Shown here: one piece after another, positions 48,943 to 58,022 of the stretch
Layout of the letters: every line of letters starts with the position of its first letter
Position numbering within the stretch: the stretch's first letter is position 1
Origin: Bacteroidota bacterium
GTDB taxonomy: Bacteria; Bacteroidota; Bacteroidia; Chitinophagales; Saprospiraceae
DNA length: 63,633 nt
Reading direction: 5' to 3'
Assembly (NCBI GenBank): GCA_029781095.1
Contig: JAKOXM010000302.1
Span: 1 to 63,633, forward strand
The notes under the pieces: generated by a model
Told to the model about the DNA's origin: nothing
The model's database searches: none
What the model saw: the letters and a program-made list of their open reading frames with translations, nothing else
Translations under genes and position numbers: made by a program

Positions 48943-49995
48943 ATGAATCATAAATATACATTTCTGCTTCCCTGGATGATACTGCTATTGTCGGGCGCGG
49001 CATTTGCCGGCAACCCTGATCGCCAGGGTGAGGCGGGCGCGAACCAATTGCTGGTCAATCCATGGGCGCGCAGTGCAGGATTGCACACCATGGGCACCGC
49101 CAATGTCATCGGCACGGAAGCGATGTTTCTGAATGTAGCCGGCCTTTCGCGCATCAATAAAACGGAGGTGCAACTCGGGCATGCCCGTTACCTCGTCGGT
49201 TCTGATATCAACATAAATGCGCTCGGCTTCGGTCAGCGGATCGGCAAGGGTGGCACCTTCGGTATCAGTCTGGTAGCCTTCGATCTGGGCGACTTCGACT
49301 ATACGACGGAAGAAGTGCCGGAAGGCTCGGGCGCTACTTTCAGCCCTTCGTTTTTTAACATGGGCATTTCTTACGCACACCTTTTTGCCAATAAGGTATC
49401 GGTAGGCATTACCGCCAAGTTTGTGAATGAAAGCATTACCAATGCGCGCGCAAGCGCCATGGCGCTCGATGCAGGCGTTCAATATGTTACGGGCGAAAAG
49501 GATAATTTTAAATTCGGTATTTCGCTGCGCAACATCGGTACGAAGATGCGTTTTCAGGGCGAGGGCCTTTCAAAACCCCTCCCCAACCCGGGCCCGACTT
49601 TCCCGTATAACAACACGTATTACGAAAGGTCTGCCGGTTACGAACTGCCGTCTCAACTGAACATCGGCCTTTCCAACGACTGGCTGCTGGGCGGCGTGAG
49701 CCGGCTCACGATGGTGCTGAACTTTACGTCCAACGCTTTCTCGCGCGACCAGATCGGCGGTGGCCTCGAGTTTGCCCTCGGTCAGAATTTTGCCCTGCGC
49801 GCCGGTTACAAATATGAATTCGATGCGGCTCCGGGCAGCACGGAAGCGACCCTCGACAACGGTTTCAGCGGCGGCCTGACCGTCTCGCTGCCGGTGAAAA
49901 AAGGCTCCGACACCCGTGTTTCCCTTGATTATGCATACCGGAATACCGAAATTTTCCAGGGAATTCACAACATTGGCCTGCGACTCGACCTGTAA
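48943..49995 (+). CDS. PorV/PorQ-family outer-membrane beta-barrel protein (T9SS-associated)
   Basis: Signal peptide, then GNPDRQGEAGANQLLVNPWARSAGLHTMGTANV...AMFLNVAGLS, and alternating beta-strand patterns to a C-terminal ...IGLRLDL. Confidence 0.55.
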   Translation: MNHKYTFLLPWMILLLSGAAFAGNPDRQGEAGANQLLVNPWARSAGLHTMGTANVIGTEAMFLNVAGLSRINKTEVQLGHARYLVGSDININALGFGQRIGKGGTFGISLVAFDLGDFDYTTEEVPEGSGATFSPSFFNMGISYAHLFANKVSVGITAKFVNESITNARASAMALDAGVQYVTGEKDNFKFGISLRNIGTKMRFQGEGLSKPLPNPGPTFPYNNTYYERSAGYELPSQLNIGLSNDWLLGGVSRLTMVLNFTSNAFSRDQIGGGLEFALGQNFALRAGYKYEFDAAPGSTEATLDNGFSGGLTVSLPVKKGSDTRVSLDYAYRNTEIFQGIHNIGLRLDL

Positions 49996-50077
49996 AATCA
50001 GGCTTGAAACGAAAAAGGGACATAAAATTTTCCATTTTCGTTCTGAGGGCATAACTTTGTGGCAACTTTTATAAATA

Positions 50078-50120
50078 CAGGAACGTTTCTATCTGCCCGG
50101 TAGGAACGTTCCTGTTTTTT
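50078..50120 (+). terminator. Rho-independent terminator after the PorV-like gene
   Basis: caggaacgtt (50078-50087) pairs with aacgttcctg (50105-50114) and is followed by tttttt. Confidence 0.65.
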
Positions 50121-50230
50121 CTGCTTCGCTTAAGTAAGAAGGTTTACGCAATCGAAAAGATTGGTAAACCTTTTTTCTGCGAAGGCACGGCCACTACAGG
50201 CAATTTCTCATTCATTCAAAGTATAATACA

Positions 50231-50707
50231 ATGGTTAACTACACGTATTTGACGCAGGGTGGTTATGACAAACTAAAAGCAGAACTCGATGAATTGAAAT
50301 CGACAGGCCGCCGGGAGGCTGCCCATGCGATTTCGGAGGCGCGCGCGCAGGGAGATCTTTCGGAAAACGCGGAATATGATGCTGCTAAAAATGCCCAGGG
50401 GATGCTGGAACTGAAAATCAGCGAATTGGAAACGATATTGTCGAACGCCCGCGTTATCGATGAAAGCCAACTGGATGACTCCAAAGTAGCTATCCTTTCA
50501 AATGTGACCATTCAAAACCTCAAAACAGGCAAAGAAATGACCTATAAACTGGTATCGGAAACGGAAGCCGATGCCAAACTGATGAAAATTTCCGTTACCT
50601 CCCCCATCGGCCACGGTCTGCTTGGCAAGGAAAAGGGCGATGTCGCTGAAATCCAGACGCCCGCCGGCGTCATGAAATTTAAAGTCGTTAATATCACTAT
50701 CGGATAA
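50231..50707 (+). CDS. greA: Transcription elongation factor GreA
   Basis: LTQGGYDKLKAELDELK...ISEARAQGDLSENAEYDAAK coiled-coil plus a C-terminal FKBP-like domain. The protein is 158 aa. Confidence 0.95.
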   Translation: MVNYTYLTQGGYDKLKAELDELKSTGRREAAHAISEARAQGDLSENAEYDAAKNAQGMLELKISELETILSNARVIDESQLDDSKVAILSNVTIQNLKTGKEMTYKLVSETEADAKLMKISVTSPIGHGLLGKEKGDVAEIQTPAGVMKFKVVNITIG

Positions 50708-50712
50708 TTTAT

Positions 50713-50772
50713 CAGGTTTCAAGGTTGCAAAGGTTTCACCTGAAACCCTGAAACCTTTGAAACCCTGAAACC
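50713..50772. repeat. Inverted repeat built from TGAAACC(C/T)T units at the greA 3' end
   Basis: The reverse complement of aggtttcaaggttgcaaaggtttca (about 50714-50738) matches tgaaacctttgaaaccctgaaacct (about 50749-50773) at 23 of 25 positions. Confidence 0.6.
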
Positions 50773-50782
50773 TTCCTAAAGT

Positions 50783-51184
50783 ATGCCCAGCATCTTCACC
50801 CGCATTGTCAACGGCGAAATTCCCTGCTATAAAATAGCGGAAACCGCCGATTACCTGGCATTTCTGGACGTGCGCCCGCAAACGAAAGGCCATACCCTCT
50901 GCATTACGAAACAGGAGATCGACTACATCTTCGATGTGGATGACGAGTTGTATACCGGCCTGTGGCTCTTCGCCAAAAAAGTGGCCAAAGGCGTCAAAAA
51001 GGCGGTTCCCTGCAAACGTGTTTGCATCGTGGTCATCGGCGACGAAGTGCGGCATACGCATGTACACCTGCTCCCGTTCAACAGCATGGCCGACGTAACG
51101 TTCAGCGGGCAGGCCAAGGTGAACATCCCGGCCGATGAAATGGCTGCCCTGGCGGAGAAAATCGCTGCGGAAGTGACACTATAA
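50783..51184 (+). CDS. HIT family protein (histidine triad nucleotide-binding)
   Basis: Histidine triad VRHTHVHLLP, and the N-terminal IFTRIVNGEIPCYKI. Confidence 0.9.
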   Translation: MPSIFTRIVNGEIPCYKIAETADYLAFLDVRPQTKGHTLCITKQEIDYIFDVDDELYTGLWLFAKKVAKGVKKAVPCKRVCIVVIGDEVRHTHVHLLPFNSMADVTFSGQAKVNIPADEMAALAEKIAAEVTL

Positions 51185-51246
51185 AAGATTGCGTTGTACA
51201 TTTCAACCCCGCCGGCTCGTTCAACACCCGGCGGGGTTGATTTTTT

Positions 51247-52317
51247 ATGAGATATCCGCGCTACGCCTTGTCGTTTCTGCTGCTCCTGTTCGTTTGCTGC
51301 AACAGCGTTACGCAATCCCCGGCATATAACACCCAGTCCTTGTCTCCCGTCCTGCCTGCGCATACGAAAGCGGAAAAGAAAATGAACGGGCTGACGCTCG
51401 TGGCTCCGCCGGAGCCTTTTGACGGGAATCCCATGAAGGCGGTAAGGGAAGTCGGCGCGGGCTGGATCGCCGTAGTGCCCTATGCTTTTACCCGGCCGGG
51501 CGATCCGGATGTGCAATACCATGACCAGGGGTCGCACTGGTGGGGCGAAAAGCCTGCGGGTGTTTGTGAAACCATTCGACTGGCTCATGAAAACGGGGTA
51601 AAAACCATGCTCAAACCACAGGTCTGGATTCCGCGCGGCTGGACGGGCAATCTGTCATTTGACACCGACAAAGAATGGGCCAGCTGGGAGGCCGGCTATG
51701 AACGCTACATACTGCGCTTCGCCGCGATAGCCGATTCCATGCACTCGGATATGTTTTGTATCGGTACGGAATTCCGGTCTTCGATCGAAAAACGGCCGCA
51801 ATTCTGGAGCGCCTTGATTCTGAAAATCAAACAGGTATACCACGGGAAACTCACTTACTCATCCAATTGGGACGACTGGGACAAGGTGCCTTTCTGGCGC
51901 GAACTGGATTATATCGGCCTGGGAGGCTATTTTCCGCTGGTGACCGGAACCACCCCGGATGTGGCGGCCCTGAAAAGCGCGTGGCAGCCCGTATTGAACC
52001 GGCTGAAGACCTTCAGCAAAGAACAGGGCAAGCCCGTGCTGTTTACGGAATTCGGCTATATGAGCGTAGACAGCTGCGGCTGGCGCAACTGGGAACTCGA
52101 ACGCGGCATCGAGGGCCGGAATATCAACGAACAGGCACAGGCCAACTGCTACGAGGCGCTTTTTGCCACTTTCCAGCCGGAAGACTGGTGGGCAGGCGGT
52201 TTTTTGTGGAAATGGTTTCCCAACATGCGCGGACACGAAGGCTACCCGGAACGCGACTATACGCCGCAGGGAAAAATGGGGCTGAAGACCTTGCAGAAGT
52301 GGTATAAGGGAGAATGA
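51247..52317 (+). CDS. Putative TIM-barrel glycoside hydrolase (clan GH-A, GH113-like), lipoprotein
   Basis: Lipobox LLLLFVCC. Candidate catalytic Glu residues lie in CIGTEF and VLFTEFGY. The family assignment is tentative. Confidence 0.45.
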   Translation: MRYPRYALSFLLLLFVCCNSVTQSPAYNTQSLSPVLPAHTKAEKKMNGLTLVAPPEPFDGNPMKAVREVGAGWIAVVPYAFTRPGDPDVQYHDQGSHWWGEKPAGVCETIRLAHENGVKTMLKPQVWIPRGWTGNLSFDTDKEWASWEAGYERYILRFAAIADSMHSDMFCIGTEFRSSIEKRPQFWSALILKIKQVYHGKLTYSSNWDDWDKVPFWRELDYIGLGGYFPLVTGTTPDVAALKSAWQPVLNRLKTFSKEQGKPVLFTEFGYMSVDSCGWRNWELERGIEGRNINEQAQANCYEALFATFQPEDWWAGGFLWKWFPNMRGHEGYPERDYTPQGKMGLKTLQKWYKGE

Positions 52318-52325
52318 AAAAGCGC

Positions 52326-52706
52326 CTAGTCGCAAACAAGTATCTTAAACCCATTGCAGTCGCGCACCACAAACTCCCTGTTCCCGTAAACGCGCTGTAC
52401 GATCCCTTCAACGATATCGGCATTGCGCGATACCAGTTCTTCATAAAACCGGTCTATTTCCGGCACCCAGATGATAAAATCGGAGATGGCCTTGCGAAAG
52501 GCTTCGTTGGTTTTTATGTCCCCGCCGTCGGATTTGGCGAAATGGATCTGAAAATTGTCTCTTTTCACCATCGCATACAAGGGCGGATCGGGAAAATAAC
52601 CGATGATCTCGAAACCGAGCACGTCCCGGTAATATTCGGCAGTTTTGACCACATCGTTTACCACTAACAGTGGGGCGATCCCGATAAGATCGGCTTTGTT
52701 GTCCAT
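52326..52706 (-). CDS. VOC (glyoxalase/bleomycin-resistance) family protein
   Basis: LLVVNDVVKTAEYYRDVLGFE...IHF...FVVRDCNGFKILV. The ATG at 52706 gives the usual 126 aa. Confidence 0.6.
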   Translation of the reverse strand: MDNKADLIGIAPLLVVNDVVKTAEYYRDVLGFEIIGYFPDPPLYAMVKRDNFQIHFAKSDGGDIKTNEAFRKAISDFIIWVPEIDRFYEELVSRNADIVEGIVQRVYGNREFVVRDCNGFKILVCD

Positions 52707-52889
52707 TTTTTCCGGTAAAATTACGATTGAGTTTCCTGGTGTTGCACACCCTTTTAAATATTCAAATGCCCCCTTTTCCCCAGTCAATGATCATGCGTCT
52801 ACACGATACTATGTTTTATCTCCTCGTGTTTTCCGGCTAGCACTGTAGCGTAGCGGCGCAAAAATTCGTGATAAGGCTGAAGAGATTGC

Positions 52890-53528
52890 CTATTGCCTTA
52901 CTGCCACGATCAACAAATCCGTCGTGGTTGTCCCGTCTTGCGCGGGGTAGCGCTCCCGCCTCAAATCAATGATTTTGAAACCGTTTTCTTTTAGCGCCCC
53001 GGCCAGGTAATCTGCCTGGTGGTAATGGATGTATACCTTATCCTCGCTATTGGAACTTGATTCCCTGAGTCCTGATTTGCTGTAATCATCCTCCATGGTA
53101 CTCAGATAAAATGCGCCGTCAGGTTTTAACAGCCCCGAAGCGTTATGTATCAATTTGATGGATTCTTCCCTTGTCAGATAAGGCAGGCAAAAGCCGCACA
53201 TGATGCCGTCATATTTTTTATCAATCCGGTCGATATCCCTGCAATCCATCAACCGGAATTCGGCCGCCGGGTTATTGACTTTGGCAAGGGAGATCATATT
53301 TGGCGACAGATCAATTCCTGTAATTTTAAAATCGGGTCGCTTTTTCAGCAAATATTTTGTGATGTTGCCGGGCCCGCAGGCGATCTCGAGCACATCGGCA
53401 TTTTTATTTGCGATGTTGTCGCAAAACAGATCGAACGTCTCATGGTACAAACCCACATCCATGTACTTCTCCTGATACAGGTTTGCATATTTATCGAATA
53501 TTTCTATCGCGATTTTTGTCTTGTCCAT
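52890..53528 (-). CDS. Class I SAM-dependent methyltransferase
   Basis: Motif I VLEIACGPGNIT, post-I GIDLS, and motif II-like YDGIMCGF. Confidence 0.85.
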   Translation of the reverse strand: MDKTKIAIEIFDKYANLYQEKYMDVGLYHETFDLFCDNIANKNADVLEIACGPGNITKYLLKKRPDFKITGIDLSPNMISLAKVNNPAAEFRLMDCRDIDRIDKKYDGIMCGFCLPYLTREESIKLIHNASGLLKPDGAFYLSTMEDDYSKSGLRESSSNSEDKVYIHYHQADYLAGALKENGFKIIDLRRERYPAQDGTTTTDLLIVAVRQ

Positions 53529-53550
53529 ACGGAGGGTATTAAACTGGGTA

Positions 53551-54345
53551 TTATTTACAAACGCCCTGAACGGCAATTGCTCTTGCCAGCAGTTTTATTG
53601 AACCGTCAGATTCGAGCGGCAGTTTCCTATGGATAGTCATTTTTAATTTTTCCTGTAAATCTTCACGCAGGGCAGCCAGATAACCTGGTGCGGGCCCTTG
53701 TCCGCCCAGAAAAGGATTCCAGTAGTCTTCGAAGTTCCTGAAAGTGGTGGTTATGTCCAGGTACGAGGTTTTAATATCTGCCAAGCCGGCTTCCTGAAAA
53801 GCATTTTCCAGGTTATCGATATTGCAGATGGGGAAACGAATGCCTTCATCAAGCCTGCTTGCTTCGGGGTCCACCTCGCCGGCTGCATCCCAGAAAAGCC
53901 TCAGGAAATCCATTCGACCGGCATAATCCCAGACATATGCCGCAACAACCCCGTTTGGTTTCAGAACCCTTTTCATTTCAGAAAATGCGCCGCTCAAGTC
54001 AGGAAAGAAATTAAGCGCAAGACCGGAAACGACCATATCAAACGTTTTATCCGGTTTCGGGATATTCGAGGCATTTCCAGGCACAAAATCGCCTCCCTCA
54101 GGCAGCCGCTCTCTTGCGCTTTCCAGAAATTCGGCAGAAGGGTCGATACCCGACAGGCCGGCCGGTTTGCAATGGCTGTAAATGGCCTCGCTTAGCGCCC
54201 CTGTGCCGCACCCCACGTCGAGCCATGACAAGCCCCCGGCCGCCTTCAGCCATTGAAGGAATACGGGAGCCATTAACTTGCTCCACCTCCCCATAAAGTA
54301 TTCATACGGGTAACCGCTATTCCAGGTATCGCCTGTGTTTTTCAT
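53551..54345 (-). CDS. Class I SAM-dependent methyltransferase
   Basis: Motif I WLDVGCGTGALS, GIDPS, and FDMVVSGLALNF. The ATG at 54345 is preferred over the non-ATG ORF-track start at 54363. Confidence 0.85.
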   Translation of the reverse strand: MKNTGDTWNSGYPYEYFMGRWSKLMAPVFLQWLKAAGGLSWLDVGCGTGALSEAIYSHCKPAGLSGIDPSAEFLESARERLPEGGDFVPGNASNIPKPDKTFDMVVSGLALNFFPDLSGAFSEMKRVLKPNGVVAAYVWDYAGRMDFLRLFWDAAGEVDPEASRLDEGIRFPICNIDNLENAFQEAGLADIKTSYLDITTTFRNFEDYWNPFLGGQGPAPGYLAALREDLQEKLKMTIHRKLPLESDGSIKLLARAIAVQGVCK

Positions 54346-55066
54346 GCTGGTTGCGTATTGCAAAATACGGGGATTGGCCGGTATTTTTTAGCACGGGGAA
54401 GATCATGCCTGCGAATCCCAAAACCGGAATCTCTACTTTAAACTGGATACGGGTAAACGACGGGTAGGACATATCCGTTTCTTGCCAAAGTGCACAGTGA
54501 TTTCCCAATATTTCTTTTCCGCAAATATGACAGTACTTTTTATTGTTTTTTGGCTTGATCGTCTGCAGCAGTTAACCCCGTTGTCGCGGCGGGCAATACT
54601 TTGATGATGCCCCTCAGTTTGTGGAGCAACAGGCTCAAACATCAATACTGCCCAAATGCAGGATCATCGCTCAAAATCAATTCAATGCCTTCAGGTCCGG
54701 TGTTACAAATATAGTCAACCAATCCCGGATTTATTTCCGCCCGCCGGGTCGCGATTTTTCATGGTGCGGTTTTTCCCTTGTTGCGCCAAAGCCTCTGCTT
54801 CTGAAAAGGTCCTTTTTTTCGGTGAAAATGCCACCGAGGCGTATGATTGCAATGCATACCTGCTCTTTGGCGCCTGTCTTTTCCGAAACAGGGTTTTCCG
54901 ATGTCGTCGAGGCAAATGGCCGGGGCGCTACCCTGATCTTTTCTTCGCCCGGGTATAAGTATATTTCGGACCTGCTTTTAAGCACTTGAGGCATCCGGAT
55001 AGCTGATTCAGCATACGACAATCGCGCCTTATTCGGTTTGGATTTATCTTGGGCAAAATTTTATCC

Positions 55067-55840
55067 ATGAAAATATTAATTGTAGAAGACGAGGAACTGG
55101 CCGTAAAAAAACTGCGCCGTCTGTTGAAGGAGGTGAAACCCGATGCGGAGATCCTGGCGGATACGGACTCCATCGAATCGACCGTTGAATGGCTGGAAGC
55201 ACATCCTACCCCCGATATTATCCTGATGGATATCGAATTGGTGGATGGTCAGAGTTTCGAAATTTTTGAACGCACCGAGATAAAATGCCCGGTCATCTTT
55301 ATTACATCATATGATGAATTCGCCATTCAGGCTTTTACGGTAAACAGTGTGGCCTATTTGCTGAAACCCGTTGAAAAGGAAGATATTATTGCTGCCCTTG
55401 AAAAGTTCAACCGGGTAAAGGCATTTTACAGTACCGGCGCGCCGGGCTTTTCAATCAACAACCTGATGGAAGAATTACAGGCCAGGCTGCAACCCAGATC
55501 ATATCGCAAACGCTTTCTGACGAAATACGCGAACAAACTGGTCGCGGTGGAAACGCACGAGATCGCCTATTTCTTTGTAGAGGACAGGATCTCCCTGTTC
55601 CGTTCCTATGATAACCGCAAGATCACGGTGGATTATACCCTGGAAGAATTGGAACAAATGCTCGATCCCGCCGAATTCTTCCGCATTAATCGATCGTACC
55701 TGATCGCGATCAAGTCGGTCCAAAAAATCGACGATTATTACGGACAGCGATTGATCCTGCAGTTGAAGCCGCCGGCTGCCGACCAGGTGATCGTCAGCAG
55801 GGAAAAAGTAAGTGCATTCAAAACATGGATGGGTAAATAA
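55067..55840 (+). CDS. LytTR-family response regulator
   Basis: Receiver MKILIVEDEELA...DIILMDIEL, and LytTR domain FFRINRSYLIAIKSV. Confidence 0.9.
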   Translation: MKILIVEDEELAVKKLRRLLKEVKPDAEILADTDSIESTVEWLEAHPTPDIILMDIELVDGQSFEIFERTEIKCPVIFITSYDEFAIQAFTVNSVAYLLKPVEKEDIIAALEKFNRVKAFYSTGAPGFSINNLMEELQARLQPRSYRKRFLTKYANKLVAVETHEIAYFFVEDRISLFRSYDNRKITVDYTLEELEQMLDPAEFFRINRSYLIAIKSVQKIDDYYGQRLILQLKPPAADQVIVSREKVSAFKTWMGK

Positions 55841-55847
55841 CGCAGGT

Positions 55848-56888
55848 ATGCTGAAAGCGCAATTGGAACTGGAAAAATTCAGGTGGATGATGATCATGCT
55901 TGTGCCCGCACTGGCCGTCAGCCTCAATATCATCATGTTCGGGTCTGCGTACTGGTCGCAGGTAAACATCCTGTTTCTATCGAGTCTGCTCCTGCTCGTA
56001 TGTATAGCCCTGCTCTCCGCAATACAGATATTCATCGCAAATTATATGCGGAGCAGGCAAACCACCGAATGGAAACTCATCCGGCGGATGTTGCTGGCCG
56101 CCTGTATCCATTTTCCTGTTACGGGTATATTCGTTGCGGGATATCTACTGCTGTACGACTACCTGAACCTGTTCGGGTACCGGTTATCAACACCAGATTT
56201 GAAGTGGGGATTGTTGGCGGGATTTGTATGCGACGTTATCGGCATCGCCATGAATGAAAGCATCTACAGCTATCACAAATGGAAAGAAACAAAACTGGAG
56301 GCTGAACAACTCAGCAAGGAGAAACTCCAGACACAATTGAACAGCCTGCTGCAGCAAATTAATCCGCACTTTTTGTTTAACAGCCTGAATACGCTCTCCG
56401 CTTTAATAGACGATAATCCGAAGGATGCCCAGAATTATTTGAGCGATTTGAGCAAGGTATATCGCTACCTGCTCCGCACCAATGAAAATGAACTGACCTC
56501 CCTGGCAAACGAAATTAATTTTATTGATTCGTATTTCCACCTGCTGCAAACGCGGTTTGGCAAGGGTGTTAAACTTCTGCAGAGCATACAGCCCGATGAT
56601 TACGGCAAGTTGCTGCCGCCATTGACGCTTCAGTTGCTTGTGGAAAACGCCGTGAAACACAATACGGTAGGAAAGAACAAGCCGCTTGTGATTGAAATCA
56701 CGACTTCCGGCGATTATTTGACGGTGCGGAATAACCTGCAGCGAAAAACGCTGAAAGTGGAAAGCAGCAAGGTGGGTCTGTCCAATATTGCCGAAAAATA
56801 CCGGCTGATCAATAAAAGCGCTATTGAAATCTCGGAAGCAGAAGGATATTTTTCGGTCACCGTTCCGCTGATTGGCAGCGGCGCGTAA
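55848..56888 (+). CDS. Sensor histidine kinase (LytS/YehU-type, His_kinase domain)
   Basis: Multi-TM N-terminus, LQQINPHFLFNSLN phosphoacceptor box, and N-box LQLLVENAVKHN. Confidence 0.9.
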   Translation: MLKAQLELEKFRWMMIMLVPALAVSLNIIMFGSAYWSQVNILFLSSLLLLVCIALLSAIQIFIANYMRSRQTTEWKLIRRMLLAACIHFPVTGIFVAGYLLLYDYLNLFGYRLSTPDLKWGLLAGFVCDVIGIAMNESIYSYHKWKETKLEAEQLSKEKLQTQLNSLLQQINPHFLFNSLNTLSALIDDNPKDAQNYLSDLSKVYRYLLRTNENELTSLANEINFIDSYFHLLQTRFGKGVKLLQSIQPDDYGKLLPPLTLQLLVENAVKHNTVGKNKPLVIEITTSGDYLTVRNNLQRKTLKVESSKVGLSNIAEKYRLINKSAIEISEAEGYFSVTVPLIGSGA

Positions 56889-56959
56889 CGCCGCCGCAGG
56901 AGTAGTTTTCCTGGCGCACCCCGCTGCGTTTTTGGATACGCCTGATAAACGGGATTGCA

Positions 56960-57100
56960 TCAAAAGTCTTTTACAAAAAGTTGCTGGAAAATAATATTTT
57001 GAAAAGCGTGAGATTATTCACCGGGTGACTTAAAGCCACCCGGTGAATGACGCTTTAGCCGTATAAAATTTTTCAGACAGAGGATCAAAAAGACTTTTGA
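56960..57100. terminator. Nested inverted repeats between the convergent kinase and cupin genes
   Basis: Inner stem: attcaccgggtg (57016-57027) with cacccggtgaat (57037-57048). Outer stem: tcaaaagtctttt (56960-56972) with aaaagacttttga (57088-57100). Confidence 0.55.
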
Positions 57101-57130
57101 CACAACCCCGATCTTGACGCAGCCGGCTGC

Positions 57131-57664
57131 TCAATTTTCGAAAAACACTCTATTTATCCCGGCCATCAACTTTACCACGAACTGCGGCGGTTTTACGCTT
57201 TGCGTCACATCGGGAAAATCAGCCATCACCCGGCACATATAAGTAACGGATTTGAAATCAGTCCCTTTGATCTTGCCCTGTTTTACGTAGACGTCCATCG
57301 CCTCGAGCATTTTCCTGAATCGCACAAGAGGCGTAATGTGAAACTCAAACAGGACCGGGCTTTTGGAGGTGTTTTTGTAACTGTGCGGGGTTTTTGCCGG
57401 TATGGTCAATAAATCGCCCGCCTTCAAGGTGATCCACCTGTCCTGTTTATAGACCGCGAGTTCTCCCTGCTGGATATAAAATGTTTCTTCCTGCGTCGGA
57501 TGAAAGTGAATGGGCGGGCCGTCGGTTTCGGCCGCCAGCAGAACCGTTCCGGCTTCTGCGTTTTCAATATCCAGCCATTGAATTTGTGTGCCCAGGGTTT
57601 CCATCTGGTCGATGTCAGGCCTGAAGCCGCCTGTTGTTTTGGTACTCAAGATTGTTGTTTCCAT
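57131..57664 (-). CDS. Cupin domain-containing protein
   Basis: Cupin motif PIHFHPTQEETFYIQQGEL...GDLLTIPAKTPHSY. Confidence 0.7.
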   Translation of the reverse strand: METTILSTKTTGGFRPDIDQMETLGTQIQWLDIENAEAGTVLLAAETDGPPIHFHPTQEETFYIQQGELAVYKQDRWITLKAGDLLTIPAKTPHSYKNTSKSPVLFEFHITPLVRFRKMLEAMDVYVKQGKIKGTDFKSVTYMCRVMADFPDVTQSVKPPQFVVKLMAGINRVFFEN

Positions 57665-58022
57665 ATCTCATTGTTTTAAAATTCGGGTCAAAGGTATTTG
57701 GCCCGCACAGGCCTGTAAATGGCGGGCAGGCTGAGTTGATTATTCCTCCGATTGAAGTAGCTGAAACGGGTGTCTGCAATTCTATGGCCTGTATTTGCCT
57801 GTCCGAAACCGGGATGCATGTGCCGGGAGCAGCCGTGTTTGCAGCAGAATAGCCAGTGTTTTCGGGCGCTTCTGCCTGCCGGGACAACATGGAGCGGCCT
57901 GCAATCAATTCATTCATTGAAATACGCAACTCATCCGGATGGCTGTTCCGCAGCCCTCAGTGCCGATTTTTCTTTGTGCAAGAATTCATGCGAATGCTCC
58001 GGCAACAACAAAAAAAATTGGT

